Below are positions 52,201 to 62,318 of a stretch of DNA of 64,000 nucleotides, piece after piece. The notes beneath the pieces are model-generated. The model was not told the DNA's origin and did no database searches. It worked only from the letters and a program-made list of their open reading frames with translations. Source of the stretch: Anaeramoeba ignava BMAN (taxonomy: Eukaryota > Protista > Anaeramoebae); contig JAPDFW010000115.1 in assembly GCA_028826165.1 (NCBI GenBank), positions 1 to 64,000 of the forward strand, given 5' to 3'. Within the stretch, counting starts at the first letter, position 1. Each line of letters starts with the position of its first letter. The position numbers were made by a program, and so were the translations under genes.

Positions 52201-52869
52201 TATAAATGAATTTTAATTTTAATTTTAATTTTAATTTTGATTTTAATTTTATAAATGAATTTTAATTTTAATTTTAATTTTAATTTTGATTTTAATTTTA
52301 ATTTTAATTTTAATTTTAATTTTAATTTTAATTTTAATTTTAAATATAATTTAAATTTTATAAATGAATTTTAATTTTGATTTTAATTTTAATTTTAATT
52401 TTATAAATGAATTTTAATTTAAATTAAATTTATAAATGAATTTTTTGAAATAAAAACCAGTTTCATTTGCTCCATAAGTTCTATTTAAATATTCAAAATC
52501 AGTTATAAAAACAGGAGATTGAAAAGAACGAATTGAAAAATCACGAAAAGAAGAAGGAATTCCAAAACAATCTTGATGAGAAATTTTAATTTGATAATTT
52601 CCACCTTTTAAATCCAAAGGAATTTTAAATTGAAAATAATAAACAGAATTTTTTGGTTTTTCAAGAAAAGAAGAAAAAATAGAATTTTTGGTTGAATCAA
52701 TAATTTCAATTTTTGCTTCACAATTTTCAATATTTAAACAAGGATAATGGGAAAAAAGATCAAGTAAAATTGCTTTAATAAAAATAGTTTCTTCAGGTTT
52801 ATAAGTTTGTTTATCTAATAAAATATGAGTATAAAATCTTTGTTTTTCTGAATTAAAATATTTTTCCAT
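46274..52869 (-). CDS. Alpha-2-macroglobulin/thioester-containing protein with an in-frame Snf7/CHMP4 (ESCRT-III) insert in the bait region. Exons 52869-52458, 51385-50073, 50016-49935, 49860-49716, 49653-49594, 48998-46274 (4737 nt, ~1578 aa).
   Basis: MG motif DKQTYKPEETI, VEFFPEGGYL, LDLLLGTQGWRRF, ESITTFRV, thioester PHGCFEQ (GCFEQ at 47804-47818), FGSTQATFLALKSI, C-terminal RBD-like GLPAG..PGKFSGIASCVYLYY. All five GT-AG introns keep the frame. Confidence 0.85.
48692..50165 (-). other. Snf7/Vps32/CHMP4 domain embedded in the A2M gene (spans 4 introns)
   Basis: Spliced translation: GIFRLFGRK..SETIQKLRNTIEQIEKREVFLEEKI..KNKRAAIMCLKRKKAYEQQL..LENQ..EETNQNLELMRAL..AMRSTNQNYDIDRIDSL..EISDALSQP..DEDELIEELDELENE..DDEEKELRELAESLG. 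Confidence 0.9.
49010..49590. repeat. Intronic (gaattgaatttt)n satellite in A2M-Snf7 intron 5
   Basis: Direct inspection. Confidence 0.92.
51400..52440. repeat. Intronic AATTTT / ttttataaatgaatttt satellite in A2M intron 1
   Basis: Direct inspection. Confidence 0.9.
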
Positions 52870-52973
52870 TTAATTTTTTTTAATTTAAAAAAATAAAAAG
52901 GAAAAAAAAAATGAAAAATTATTTTTTAATTTTTTAATTTTTTTCATTTTTTTCTTCACTTTTTTTTTATAAA
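52870..52973. promoter_or_regulatory. ~100-bp bidirectional promoter between A2M-Snf7 (minus) and TFIIA (plus), with TCATTTT initiator-like motifs on both strands
   Basis: aaaatga at ~52908-52914 and ttcatttt at ~52943-52950 lie between the divergent ATGs. Confidence 0.55.
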
Positions 52974-53884
52974 ATGGGTTCAATAAAAGAAATTTATGAG
53001 TAAAATTTTAATTTTATAATTTTAATTTTAATTTAAATTTTAATTTTATAATTTAATTTAGATTTGTTATTAAAGATGTCATCTCAAAAGTAAAAGAAGA
53101 TTTTATTAATGAAGGAATTCACGAACAAGTTTTAAACGAACTTGAATTCTCATGGAGACGTCGATTAAAAGACTCACAAGCACTAGAAGAGATGTCAGAA
53201 AACGAAAGTGATGAAACTGAACAAGATCCACTTGAAAATATTCAAAATGCACCACCTCCAACTAAATTTCGTTCTCCTTTCGGAAAAGTCAATCCAAATC
53301 CAAACAGCATTCCTAACACTCCCCAACTTCTGAACACAAATTCCCCGCAGATTGTCCCTCAACAATTGGCAATAGACTCCAATATTCAACTTTCTAATCA
53401 AAACTTCCCAAATCACAATCAAATTGAATCTCAATTTATTTCAAATATTCCTCAAGAAAATGATTTTGACGACTCTTCCGATATTGATGATGCTGATATG
53501 GATAATCTCGATGGTTTTAGTGATTCAGAACCAGAAAATTCTGATGAAGAAAATGAAAATCTTACAATTGCTCAACCAAATTATGATTCATTTTCAAATC
53601 AAAAAAATCAATTAAATCAATTAAATCAATTAAATCAATTAAATCAATCAAATCAATCAAAAGAAAATCGTTCTTTGAATGATGAGACTTTAAATTCTGA
53701 TGATGATATTGAGGATTCTTCAGAAGAAGAACCTCCAGATTTAGTTTTATGCCAATTTGAGAAAGTTTCTTTAACAAAAAACAAAAATCGAAAATTTAAA
53801 TGCATTTTTAAACATGGAATTATTCATGTTAATAATCGTGATTTTACTTTCTCTTCAGCAAATGCAGAATTGAATTGGAATTAG
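52974..53884 (+). CDS. GTF2A1: Transcription factor IIA large subunit (alpha/beta, Toa1); exons 52974-52999 and 53062-53884
   Basis: IYEFVIKDVISKVKEDFINEGIHEQVLNELEFSWRRRL N-domain and C-terminal LVLCQFEKV..KFKCIFKHGIIHVNNRDFTFSSANAELNW. Confidence 0.92.
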
Positions 53885-54067
53885 TTTTTTCTTTCTTTTA
53901 TGTTTTTTTATTTGTGAAAATTCAACCAAAAATTCAACCAAAATTTAATCCAAAATTGAATCAAAAAGAAAAAATTTCATTAAATTTTTGTTTTGAATTA
54001 AATCAAAAATTAATTCAATAAAAAAAATCAAAATTAATTTGAAAAAGAAAAAAAAAAGAATCAAATT

Positions 54068-54979
54068 TCAAATTGTTTTAAATTCTCCTTTTTTATCAAA
54101 AATAACAGGAAATTTATAATCTTTCTTCTTTCCATTAATCATTTCCTCTTCTTGAATAAATAATTTAGCTTGAATAATTCTTTCGTGAAAAAATTCAGTT
54201 TTTGGAATTTGGAAAAATTCAGAACATTCTTCAAGTTCATTAAGATTTTCCAAAGAAACATTTGATTCAAAAGAATCAGTATAAAAAAACTTGACTAAAT
54301 TGCGAATTGTTTCTTCTGATTTCCCAGTTGTTTCAGGAACAGAATTTGATTCATCATTCACAGAAAGAAACATTGATCTAAATAAATTACTTCTTGATAA
54401 TAAAATGAGTTTATGAGCTTTAATTATTTTCTCATTAACAATAATTGAAAAATTTTTGGATTCATTTTCCAAATAATATTTCTTTAAATCTTTCATTAAT
54501 CCTTTTCGACCCGATTTCTCAATAAATTCTTCCAATAGAATCCCCATTTTTTCTGCTATTTCTATTGTTTCTTTAACTGAAGAATGATTGAATCCAATTC
54601 CAAGAATATTATTTAATGAAAATCTGAAATCATTTTCATCCCAAAATTTTGGACAATCTAAAGAATCTTGTTCTCCATTTTCTCTTGAAAGTAAAATTCT
54701 TGGTAATACATTATAAAGTTCTGGTTCTGATGAAATCATTCCTGAATAAATCCAATTCAAAAAATTTATTGTTGGTTCATATTCTGTTTTCGAAATAATA
54801 TTTGATAATTCTTCTAATGATATTTTTGGAAATCTTAATTTTATTATTGATGAATGTGCTTCAATAATTCTGTTATCTTTTGTTTTGAATTTTAGATCAC
54901 ACATTTCTTGATTTGAAAAAAGTCTTTGCATATCTTGACAAATGAGAAGTTTTCTAAAAGACTTTTTATTATCAAACAT
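54068..54979 (-). CDS. Tandem BTB/POZ domain protein
   Basis: CDLKFKT..IEAHSSII and FSIIVNEKIIKAHKLILLSRSNLFRSMF. Confidence 0.85.
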   Translation of the reverse strand: MFDNKKSFRKLLICQDMQRLFSNQEMCDLKFKTKDNRIIEAHSSIIKLRFPKISLEELSNIISKTEYEPTINFLNWIYSGMISSEPELYNVLPRILLSRENGEQDSLDCPKFWDENDFRFSLNNILGIGFNHSSVKETIEIAEKMGILLEEFIEKSGRKGLMKDLKKYYLENESKNFSIIVNEKIIKAHKLILLSRSNLFRSMFLSVNDESNSVPETTGKSEETIRNLVKFFYTDSFESNVSLENLNELEECSEFFQIPKTEFFHERIIQAKLFIQEEEMINGKKKDYKFPVIFDKKGEFKTI

Positions 54980-54989
54980 TTTTTTTCCG

Positions 54990-55575
54990 ATTTTTTAATT
55001 TTTAATTTTAATTTTAATTTTAATTTTAATTTTATAAATGAATTTTAATTTTATAAATGAATTTTAATTTTATAAATGAATTTTAATTTTCTAAAAGACT
55101 TTTTATTATCAAACATTTTTTTTCCGATTTTTTAATTTTTAATTTTAATTTTAATTTTATAAATGAATTTTAATTTTAATTTGAATTTTAATTTTATAAA
55201 TGAATTTTAATTTTATAAATGAATTTTAATTTTATAAATGAATTTTAATTTTATAAATTAATTTTAATTTTATAAATTAATTTTAATTTTCTAAAAGACT
55301 TTTTATTATCAAACATTTTTTTTCCGATTTTTTAATTTTAATTTTAATTTTATAAATGAATTTTAATTTTATAAATGAATTTTAATTTTATAAATGAATT
55401 TTAATTTTATAAATGAATTTTAATTTTAATTTGAATTTTAATTTTATAAATGAATTTTAATTTTATAAATTTTAATTTTTAATTTTATAAATGAATTTTA
55501 ATTTTATAAATGAATTTTAATTTTATAAATGAATTTTAATTCTATAAATGAATTTTAATTTTATAAATGAATTTT
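54990..55575. repeat. (ttttataaatgaattttaa)n array containing two copies of the BTB gene start region
   Basis: ctaaaagactttttattatcaaacattttttttccgatttttt at 54954, 55091 and 55291. Confidence 0.88.
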
Positions 55576-56159
55576 ATAAATTTCTGTTTGTTTACACGCT
55601 TCGTCATTGGAATTTGATGACCAGCAACTTGATAATAAGTTGGAATAGATCTTCCAAATAAAATCATAGCAATAAAACATTCAAGTTGTCTTATAGAAAT
55701 TGGATTAGGATCAAAACCACGACAAGAATAACCATAAACCCACCAAAAAAGACCAAAAATATCATTAGGACTTATAAACTTTGCCCATGAAATAAATTTA
55801 TGCAAATCAATTTGAGTTTTACTTGAAATATCTTGAAGTTTTGGAAAATTAAAAGATCCATATTTTGAAATGAATTTTAAAATTTTTGCTCTTTTTTTAT
55901 CATTTTTTTCTTTTGCAAAATTTCCAACTGCATATATTAATGCTATTATTGATTCCTTTGGTATTTTTATTGCCCATGATGAATACTTTCCAAATGATAA
56001 TTCTTTCTCAAATTCTTTTGTTTCCGTTATTTTTATCATCTCATTTAATATACTCATTTCTTCATAGTTTTTCCTCCAATTTGTTTTTGAATTTAATATG
56101 TATTTCTTTATTTCTGGAAATTTTTCTTGATATTTTTTTTCCCAAAATTCTTCTGTCAT
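55542..56159 (-). CDS. Hypothetical protein, 205 aa
   Basis: Non-repetitive ORF. The N-terminal FWEKKY..NWRKNY resembles the helix that follows F-box motifs, but no family is recognised. Confidence 0.6.
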   Translation of the reverse strand: MTEEFWEKKYQEKFPEIKKYILNSKTNWRKNYEEMSILNEMIKITETKEFEKELSFGKYSSWAIKIPKESIIALIYAVGNFAKEKNDKKRAKILKFISKYGSFNFPKLQDISSKTQIDLHKFISWAKFISPNDIFGLFWWVYGYSCRGFDPNPISIRQLECFIAMILFGRSIPTYYQVAGHQIPMTKRVNKQKFIKFIYKIKIHL

Positions 56160-56253
56160 TTATTAAATTTGATTTAATTAGAAAAGAAAAAAATGAAAAA
56201 AAAAAATTGAAAAAAAAAATTAATTTGTTCTTAATCCAAATTTTTCAATAATT

Positions 56254-59200
56254 TCAATTAAATTGTAAATTTGGATTTAATTGATAAAAATCTTTTAAAT
56301 CTTGAAAATCTTTTCTTTTAATTTCTTTTGTTTTAAATTCTTCATGATAAAGAAAATAAATTAATTCTTGAATTGTTTCAAATGATTTTCCTGAATAATC
56401 ATGAACTTGATTTGATGAATCTGAAACATTTAAAAACATTCCTTTGAATAATTTACTTCTTAAAATTAATATTAATTTATGAACTTTAATTTCTTTTTCT
56501 GAAACAATTATTGTAAAATCTTTTGTTTCATTCTTTTGATATAATTTTGATAAATCTTTTATTATTCCTTTTCTTCCTTTTTTTAATTCAATCCATTTTG
56601 AATCAATTCCAATTTCTTTAAAAAATTCTTCAATTTTCTTTTCTTTTTCTTTAATTTGATTTTTCAATTTATCAAAAGAATTATCATTAGATTTTTGATT
56701 TTCAACTTCCATTTTTTGTTTATTATGAAAAATTTGATAAATTTCATTTAAATTAATAAATCCACAATAAAGAAAATTTAAAGCTAAATCAACTTCATCT
56801 TTGGTTTTTTGTTTACACAAATTAACAAATTTTATAAGAATAGATTCATCATAATCAAATCTTGTTAATAAAATTAATTTATGAACTTTGAATTTAATTG
56901 ATTCTTTTGATTCAACTTGATAATCTGAAAAAATTTCATCATTTTCATTTAATAATTTGTTTAAATCTTCATTTATTGAATAAAATTTGAAGAAATTCTT
57001 AATTAATTCTTCTGTAATTTCATTTTCCTTCAAATCCAAAATATTTGCTTCATTCTTCATTAATAACTCAATAATTTGATGATTATTTTTTTGAATTGAA
57101 ATAGAAAGAGCTGTTTGATTCCAATAATTTGTTTTTGAATTAATATCAATTCCTTTAGAAATTAAATATTCAATAATTTCAATGGAAATATTCCCATTTT
57201 CACAAGCAATATGTAAAGCTGTTTTATTATAATTTGTTTTTGAATTAATATCAATTCCTTTAGAAATTAAATATTCAATAATTTCAATTGAAATATTCCC
57301 ATTTTCACAAGCAATATGTAAAGCTGTTTTATTTTCATCTGTTTTTGAATTAATATCAATTCCTTTGGAAATTAAATATTCAATAATTTCAATTGAAATA
57401 TTCTTATTTTCACAAGCATAATGCAAAGCTGTTTTATGTTCATCTGTTTTGGAATTAATATTAATTCCTTTGGAAATTAAATATTTAATAACTTGAAGGG
57501 AAATATTCTCATTTTTGCAAGCAATATGTAAAGCTGTTTCATTTTCATCTGTTTTTGAATTAATATTAATTCCTTTTGAAATTAAATACTCAACAATTTC
57601 AGGTAAAATATTCTCATTTTCACAAGCATAATGTAAAGCTGTTTTATTTTCATCTGTTTTGGAATTAATTTTAATTCCTTTGGAGATTAAATATTCAATA
57701 ATTTCAATGGAAATATTCTCATTTTCACAAGCAAAATGTAAAGCTGTTTCATTTTCATCTGTTTTTGAATTAATATTAATTCCTTTTGAAATTAAATATT
57801 CAATAATTTGAAGGGAAATATTCTCATTTCGGCAAACAATATGTAAAACTGTTTCATTTTGATTTGTTTTTGAATTAATATCAATTCCTTTGGAGATTAA
57901 ATATTCAATAATTTCAATGGAAATATTTGGATTTTTACAAGCAATATGTAAAGATGTTTCGTTTTGATTTGTTTTTGAATTAATATCAATTCTTTTTGAA
58001 ATTAAATATTCAATAATTTGAAGTGAAATATTCTTATTTCGGCAAACAAAATGTAAAGCTGTTTCATTTTGATTTGTTTTTGAATTAATATCAATTCCTT
58101 TTGAAATTAAATATTCAATAATTTGAAGTGAAATATTTGGATTTTTACAAGCAATATGTAAAGATGTTTCATTTTGATTTGTTTTTGAATTAATATCAAT
58201 TCCTTTTGAAATTAAATATTCAATAATTTGAATAGAAATATTCCCATTTTCACAAGCAATATGTAAAGCTGTTTTATTTTGATTTGTTTTTGAATTAATA
58301 TCAATTCCTTTGGAAACTAAATATTCAATAATTTGAAGTGAAATATTCTCATTTCGGCAAACAAAATGTAAAGCTGTTTCGTTTTGATTTGTTTTTGAAT
58401 TAATATCAATTCCTTTTGAAATTAAATATTCAATAATTTGAAGTGAAATATTCTTATTTCGGCAAACAAAATGTAAAGCTGTTTCATTTTTATCTTTTGT
58501 TTTTGAATTAATATCAATTCCTGAAGAAATTAGATGCTCAATAACTTGAAGTGGAATATTCTCATTTCGGCAAGCAATATGTAAAGCTGTTTCATTCCAT
58601 GTTGATTTTGAATTAATATCAATTCCTTTGGAAATTAAATATTCAATAATTGGAAAGGAAATGTTCTTATTTCGGCAAGCAGTATGTAAAGCTGTTTCAT
58701 TTCTATATTTTGATTTTGAATTAATATCAATTCCTTTGGAAATTAAATACTCAATAACTTCAATGGAAATATTTGGATTTTCACAAGCATAATGTAAAGC
58801 TGTTTCATTATCTTTTGATTTGGAATTAATATCAATTCCTTTGGAAACTAAATATTCAATAATTTGAATGGAAATATTTCCCCATAAGCAAAGATAATGT
58901 AAAGCTGTTTCATTTTTATCTTTTGTTTTTGAATTAATATCAATTCCTGAAGAAACTAAATATTTAATAATTTCAATTGAAATATTCGAATTTTTGCAAG
59001 CAATATGTAAAGCTGTTTCATTGTTATAATTTGTTTTTGAATTAATATCAATTCCTGAAGAAATTAAATATTCAATAATTGGAAAGGAAATATTCTTATT
59101 TTGGCAAGCGAGATGTAAAGCAGTTTTGTTTTCATTTGTTTTTGAATTAATATCAATTCCTGAAGAAATTAAATATTCAATAATTTGAATTGAAATATTC

Positions 59201-59964
59201 TCATTTTGGCAAGCATAATGTAAAATTGTTTCATTATCTTTTGATTTGGAATTAATATCAATTCCTTTGGAAATTAAATATTTAATAATTTCAAGTGAAA
59301 TATTCCCCCATAAACAAAGATACTGTAAAGCTGTTTCATTTTCTTTTGTTTTTGAATTAATATTAATTCCTTTGGAAAGTAAATATTCAATAACTTGAAT
59401 GGAAATATTCTTATTTTCACAAGCATAATGTAAAGCTGTTTCATTTTCTTTTGTTTTTGAATTAATATCAATTCCTTTGGAAAGTAAATATTCAATCATT
59501 TCAATTGAAATATTTGGATTTTTACAAGCAAGATGTAAAACTGTTTCATTTTCATTTGTTTTTGAATTAATTGGAACACCAGTTGAGAGTAATAATTGAA
59601 AAAGTTCAATATTTGGATTATTCATAATAGCAATATGTAATGAATTATTTCCTTTTTGATCTTTCATTTTGGGATCTATTCCTTTGGAAATTAAATATTG
59701 AATTTTTTCAATTTTCATTTGTTTTTCAATTGCAAAATTTAAGATTGTTTTTTCATTTTTGATAATTTGACTTTTTGGAATTGATTCAATTTTTTCTAAT
59801 GTTTGAATATCATTATGTTCAAAAAAATCCCAGAAATCTATTTGATTTGTTTGAATCTTTCTATTAAATTCTGAAATATCTTGAATTTCTTTAAGTGGTA
59901 ATTTATATAATTCGTTGAGATCTTCTTTCTTATTGTTTTTATTATTTTGTTGATGATTCATCAT
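56254..59964 (-). CDS. Ankyrin-repeat (about 25 or more repeats) + C-terminal BTB protein
   Basis: Near-identical 34-35 aa repeats TALHxAC.N.NIS..IIEYLISKGIDINSKT. BTB motifs KVHKLILLTR and KVHKLILILRSKLFKGMF. Confidence 0.93.
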   Translation of the reverse strand: MMNHQQNNKNNKKEDLNELYKLPLKEIQDISEFNRKIQTNQIDFWDFFEHNDIQTLEKIESIPKSQIIKNEKTILNFAIEKQMKIEKIQYLISKGIDPKMKDQKGNNSLHIAIMNNPNIELFQLLLSTGVPINSKTNENETVLHLACKNPNISIEMIEYLLSKGIDINSKTKENETALHYACENKNISIQVIEYLLSKGININSKTKENETALQYLCLWGNISLEIIKYLISKGIDINSKSKDNETILHYACQNENISIQIIEYLISSGIDINSKTNENKTALHLACQNKNISFPIIEYLISSGIDINSKTNYNNETALHIACKNSNISIEIIKYLVSSGIDINSKTKDKNETALHYLCLWGNISIQIIEYLVSKGIDINSKSKDNETALHYACENPNISIEVIEYLISKGIDINSKSKYRNETALHTACRNKNISFPIIEYLISKGIDINSKSTWNETALHIACRNENIPLQVIEHLISSGIDINSKTKDKNETALHFVCRNKNISLQIIEYLISKGIDINSKTNQNETALHFVCRNENISLQIIEYLVSKGIDINSKTNQNKTALHIACENGNISIQIIEYLISKGIDINSKTNQNETSLHIACKNPNISLQIIEYLISKGIDINSKTNQNETALHFVCRNKNISLQIIEYLISKRIDINSKTNQNETSLHIACKNPNISIEIIEYLISKGIDINSKTNQNETVLHIVCRNENISLQIIEYLISKGININSKTDENETALHFACENENISIEIIEYLISKGIKINSKTDENKTALHYACENENILPEIVEYLISKGININSKTDENETALHIACKNENISLQVIKYLISKGININSKTDEHKTALHYACENKNISIEIIEYLISKGIDINSKTDENKTALHIACENGNISIEIIEYLISKGIDINSKTNYNKTALHIACENGNISIEIIEYLISKGIDINSKTNYWNQTALSISIQKNNHQIIELLMKNEANILDLKENEITEELIKNFFKFYSINEDLNKLLNENDEIFSDYQVESKESIKFKVHKLILLTRFDYDESILIKFVNLCKQKTKDEVDLALNFLYCGFINLNEIYQIFHNKQKMEVENQKSNDNSFDKLKNQIKEKEKKIEEFFKEIGIDSKWIELKKGRKGIIKDLSKLYQKNETKDFTIIVSEKEIKVHKLILILRSKLFKGMFLNVSDSSNQVHDYSGKSFETIQELIYFLYHEEFKTKEIKRKDFQDLKDFYQLNPNLQFN

Positions 59965-60045
59965 TTCTTTTTTTTTATTTTTGTTTATTTGTGTTTTTGT
60001 GTTTATTTTTTAGTTAAATTTAAATTAAAGAAGAATTTGAATGAC

Positions 60046-62170
60046 TTACTTAAATTTTCTTTTATTAGAAAAGAAAAAAAATGAAAAAAAAAAAGCAAAA
60101 AAAAAAAAATTAAAAATAAAACATTCTTTATTATTTTGTTTTGAATTTTGTTTTGTATTTTGTTTTGTATTTTGTTTTGTATTTTGTTTTGTGTTTTGTT
60201 TCTTTTTTTGTTTAATTTCAAATTTAATAAATTCTTGTTTTATTAAATCTAATAAATTTGGATATGTTTGATTTAATTGAAAATAATCAATTCCTTTTTC
60301 AATTTCTCCAATAATTTTTTTTGTAATTTTAATTCCTTTTTGATCTTGTTTGTTTTTATTATCAAAATGTTTTGAATTTTTAAATTTTTCTTCATTTAAT
60401 TCATTATAATCATCAAATTGAATAATTTCTTTTGTAATTTGATTTGTATTATCAAAATATTCAAATACTTCAAATTTTTCTTCATTTAATTCTTGATAAT
60501 CATCAACTTGAATAATTTCTTTTGTAATTTGAATTCCATCTTTAATTTGATTTGAATAAATCCAATATTCAAATATTTGGAAAGCTTCATTGCTTAATTC
60601 ACTATAATCTGTAACTTTATTAGAAGTATCATTTGTTACAGATAAAAACATTCCTCGATATAATTCACTTCTCATTAATAATATTAATTTGGGAAATTTA
60701 TATTGTTTTTCTTTTCTTTCAATTATAAAATCTTTTTCATTTTCATTTTCATTTAAATAAATTCTTTTAATTGTTTCTTCAATTTTTTCATTGGAATTTA
60801 TAATTTCTTTAATTTCAGAATATAATTTTGGATTTATTTTGGAATTATTTGAATAAATCATTTCAAATATTTGATTTGATTCTTTAATTGATTTATTTGA
60901 AATAATTTCTTGAAGTTTTTCAATTTCAATTTGATTTTGATTTAATCTATATTTCAATATTAATTTATGAGCTTCAATTATTTCTCCATTTTTGGTTTTA
61001 AATGAAATATCACAAAATTCTTTTCTTTGAAATAGTTTTATCAGATCTTCTTCAAGATTGGAAAAAGAAGGAGAATAATAAAAAAATGATTTATGAAACC
61101 CAGAATAGATATGATAATTGGAAATATCTTCATTAAATCTTAATTTAGGAAGTTCAATTTTAATAGGAATTGATTGGTCGTTTGTATCTCCAGTTCCTAA
61201 TTCACCAAATGCATTCCATCCGAATCCTATTAATTTCCCTTTTTTTGTTAAAATCAAAGTATGTTCATATCCACAAGAAATTTCAAGAATATGATCATTT
61301 TTAAATCGAGATGATTTGATTTCAGTAAATGGTTTTGAATCTTTATTTTTATATTTGGAGATTTGATTATATTGATCAAGAGCAGATGAATAAAGTTTTC
61401 TTTTTTGATTTTGATCTTCAATCAACATTATTGAATACCAATTCGCACATTTAATATCGATTATTTTGCCTTTTGGAATATTTTCGATTTGAGTTAATTT
61501 GTTGATATACCATTCTACTGTATATCCTAATCCAAGTTGTGCCCAAATATTATCTCCGCAACAAAATAATTCTTGATTTGAATTTAAAAGAAAAACGAAA
61601 TTGGAAAAATTTCCTGAAAATATTTTAGAAACATTTTTCATCATTAAAATTGGTTTTTCTGTTTTTGGAAGTGTTTCAGAATCAAAACCAAGTTGACCAT
61701 ATTCATTTGAACCAATTCCATAAGCATTTTGATTTGAAGTTTAATAAGTAAATTGAACGAGCTCCAGAAACAACATCTTGAATTATTCTATCATTTGTAT
61801 CTTCAATTAATGATGAAATATTGATAAATTCATTTGGATTTTCTGGATTAATATGCTCTCCTTTTGCAAATACATTTTTTTCTATTGTTAAAATAGCTTC
61901 GTTTTTTTCTCCAACAGTTACTTTTTGAATATTTTCAATTTGGATTTTTTGAGGATTTTGATTTAAATCATTTAAATATTCTATTGCTTTTCCATTTTTA
62001 AAAAGGAAAATTGTTGATAATTCTCCTGATGAAATTTGTTTAATTTGTTTTAGATTTTTATTTTCATTTTCATTTTCAAATTTAAATTGAATTGGTTTTT
62101 TTATTTTTTTTGGTTTATTTTGAAGAAGTTTTGGTGATTGATTTGAACCAAAAAATAAAATTTCATTCAT
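60046..62170 (-). CDS. RCC1-BTB protein (paralog 9), one frameshift at ~61740 and a duplicated C-terminal segment
   Basis: ORFs 61703-62170 and 60046-61644. Extra t in gaagtttaataag. The C-terminus repeats QITKEIIQxDDYxELNEEKF. Stop position uncertain. Confidence 0.8.
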
Positions 62171-62318
62171 TTTTGAAAAAGAAAAAAAATGAAATTAAAA
62201 AAATTTGGAATTTTAATTTTTTGAAAAGAAAAAGAAAAAGAAAAAAAAAAAGAAAAAGAAAAAATTTTGGAAATTTGAATTCTTTCTGTTTTTAGAAAAA
62301 TTAATTATTATTGTTGTT

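Noticed and set aside
54954-55340. CRISPR-like repeat-spacer array
   Set aside because: Eukaryotic context, the intervening sequence is itself satellite, and there are no cas genes.
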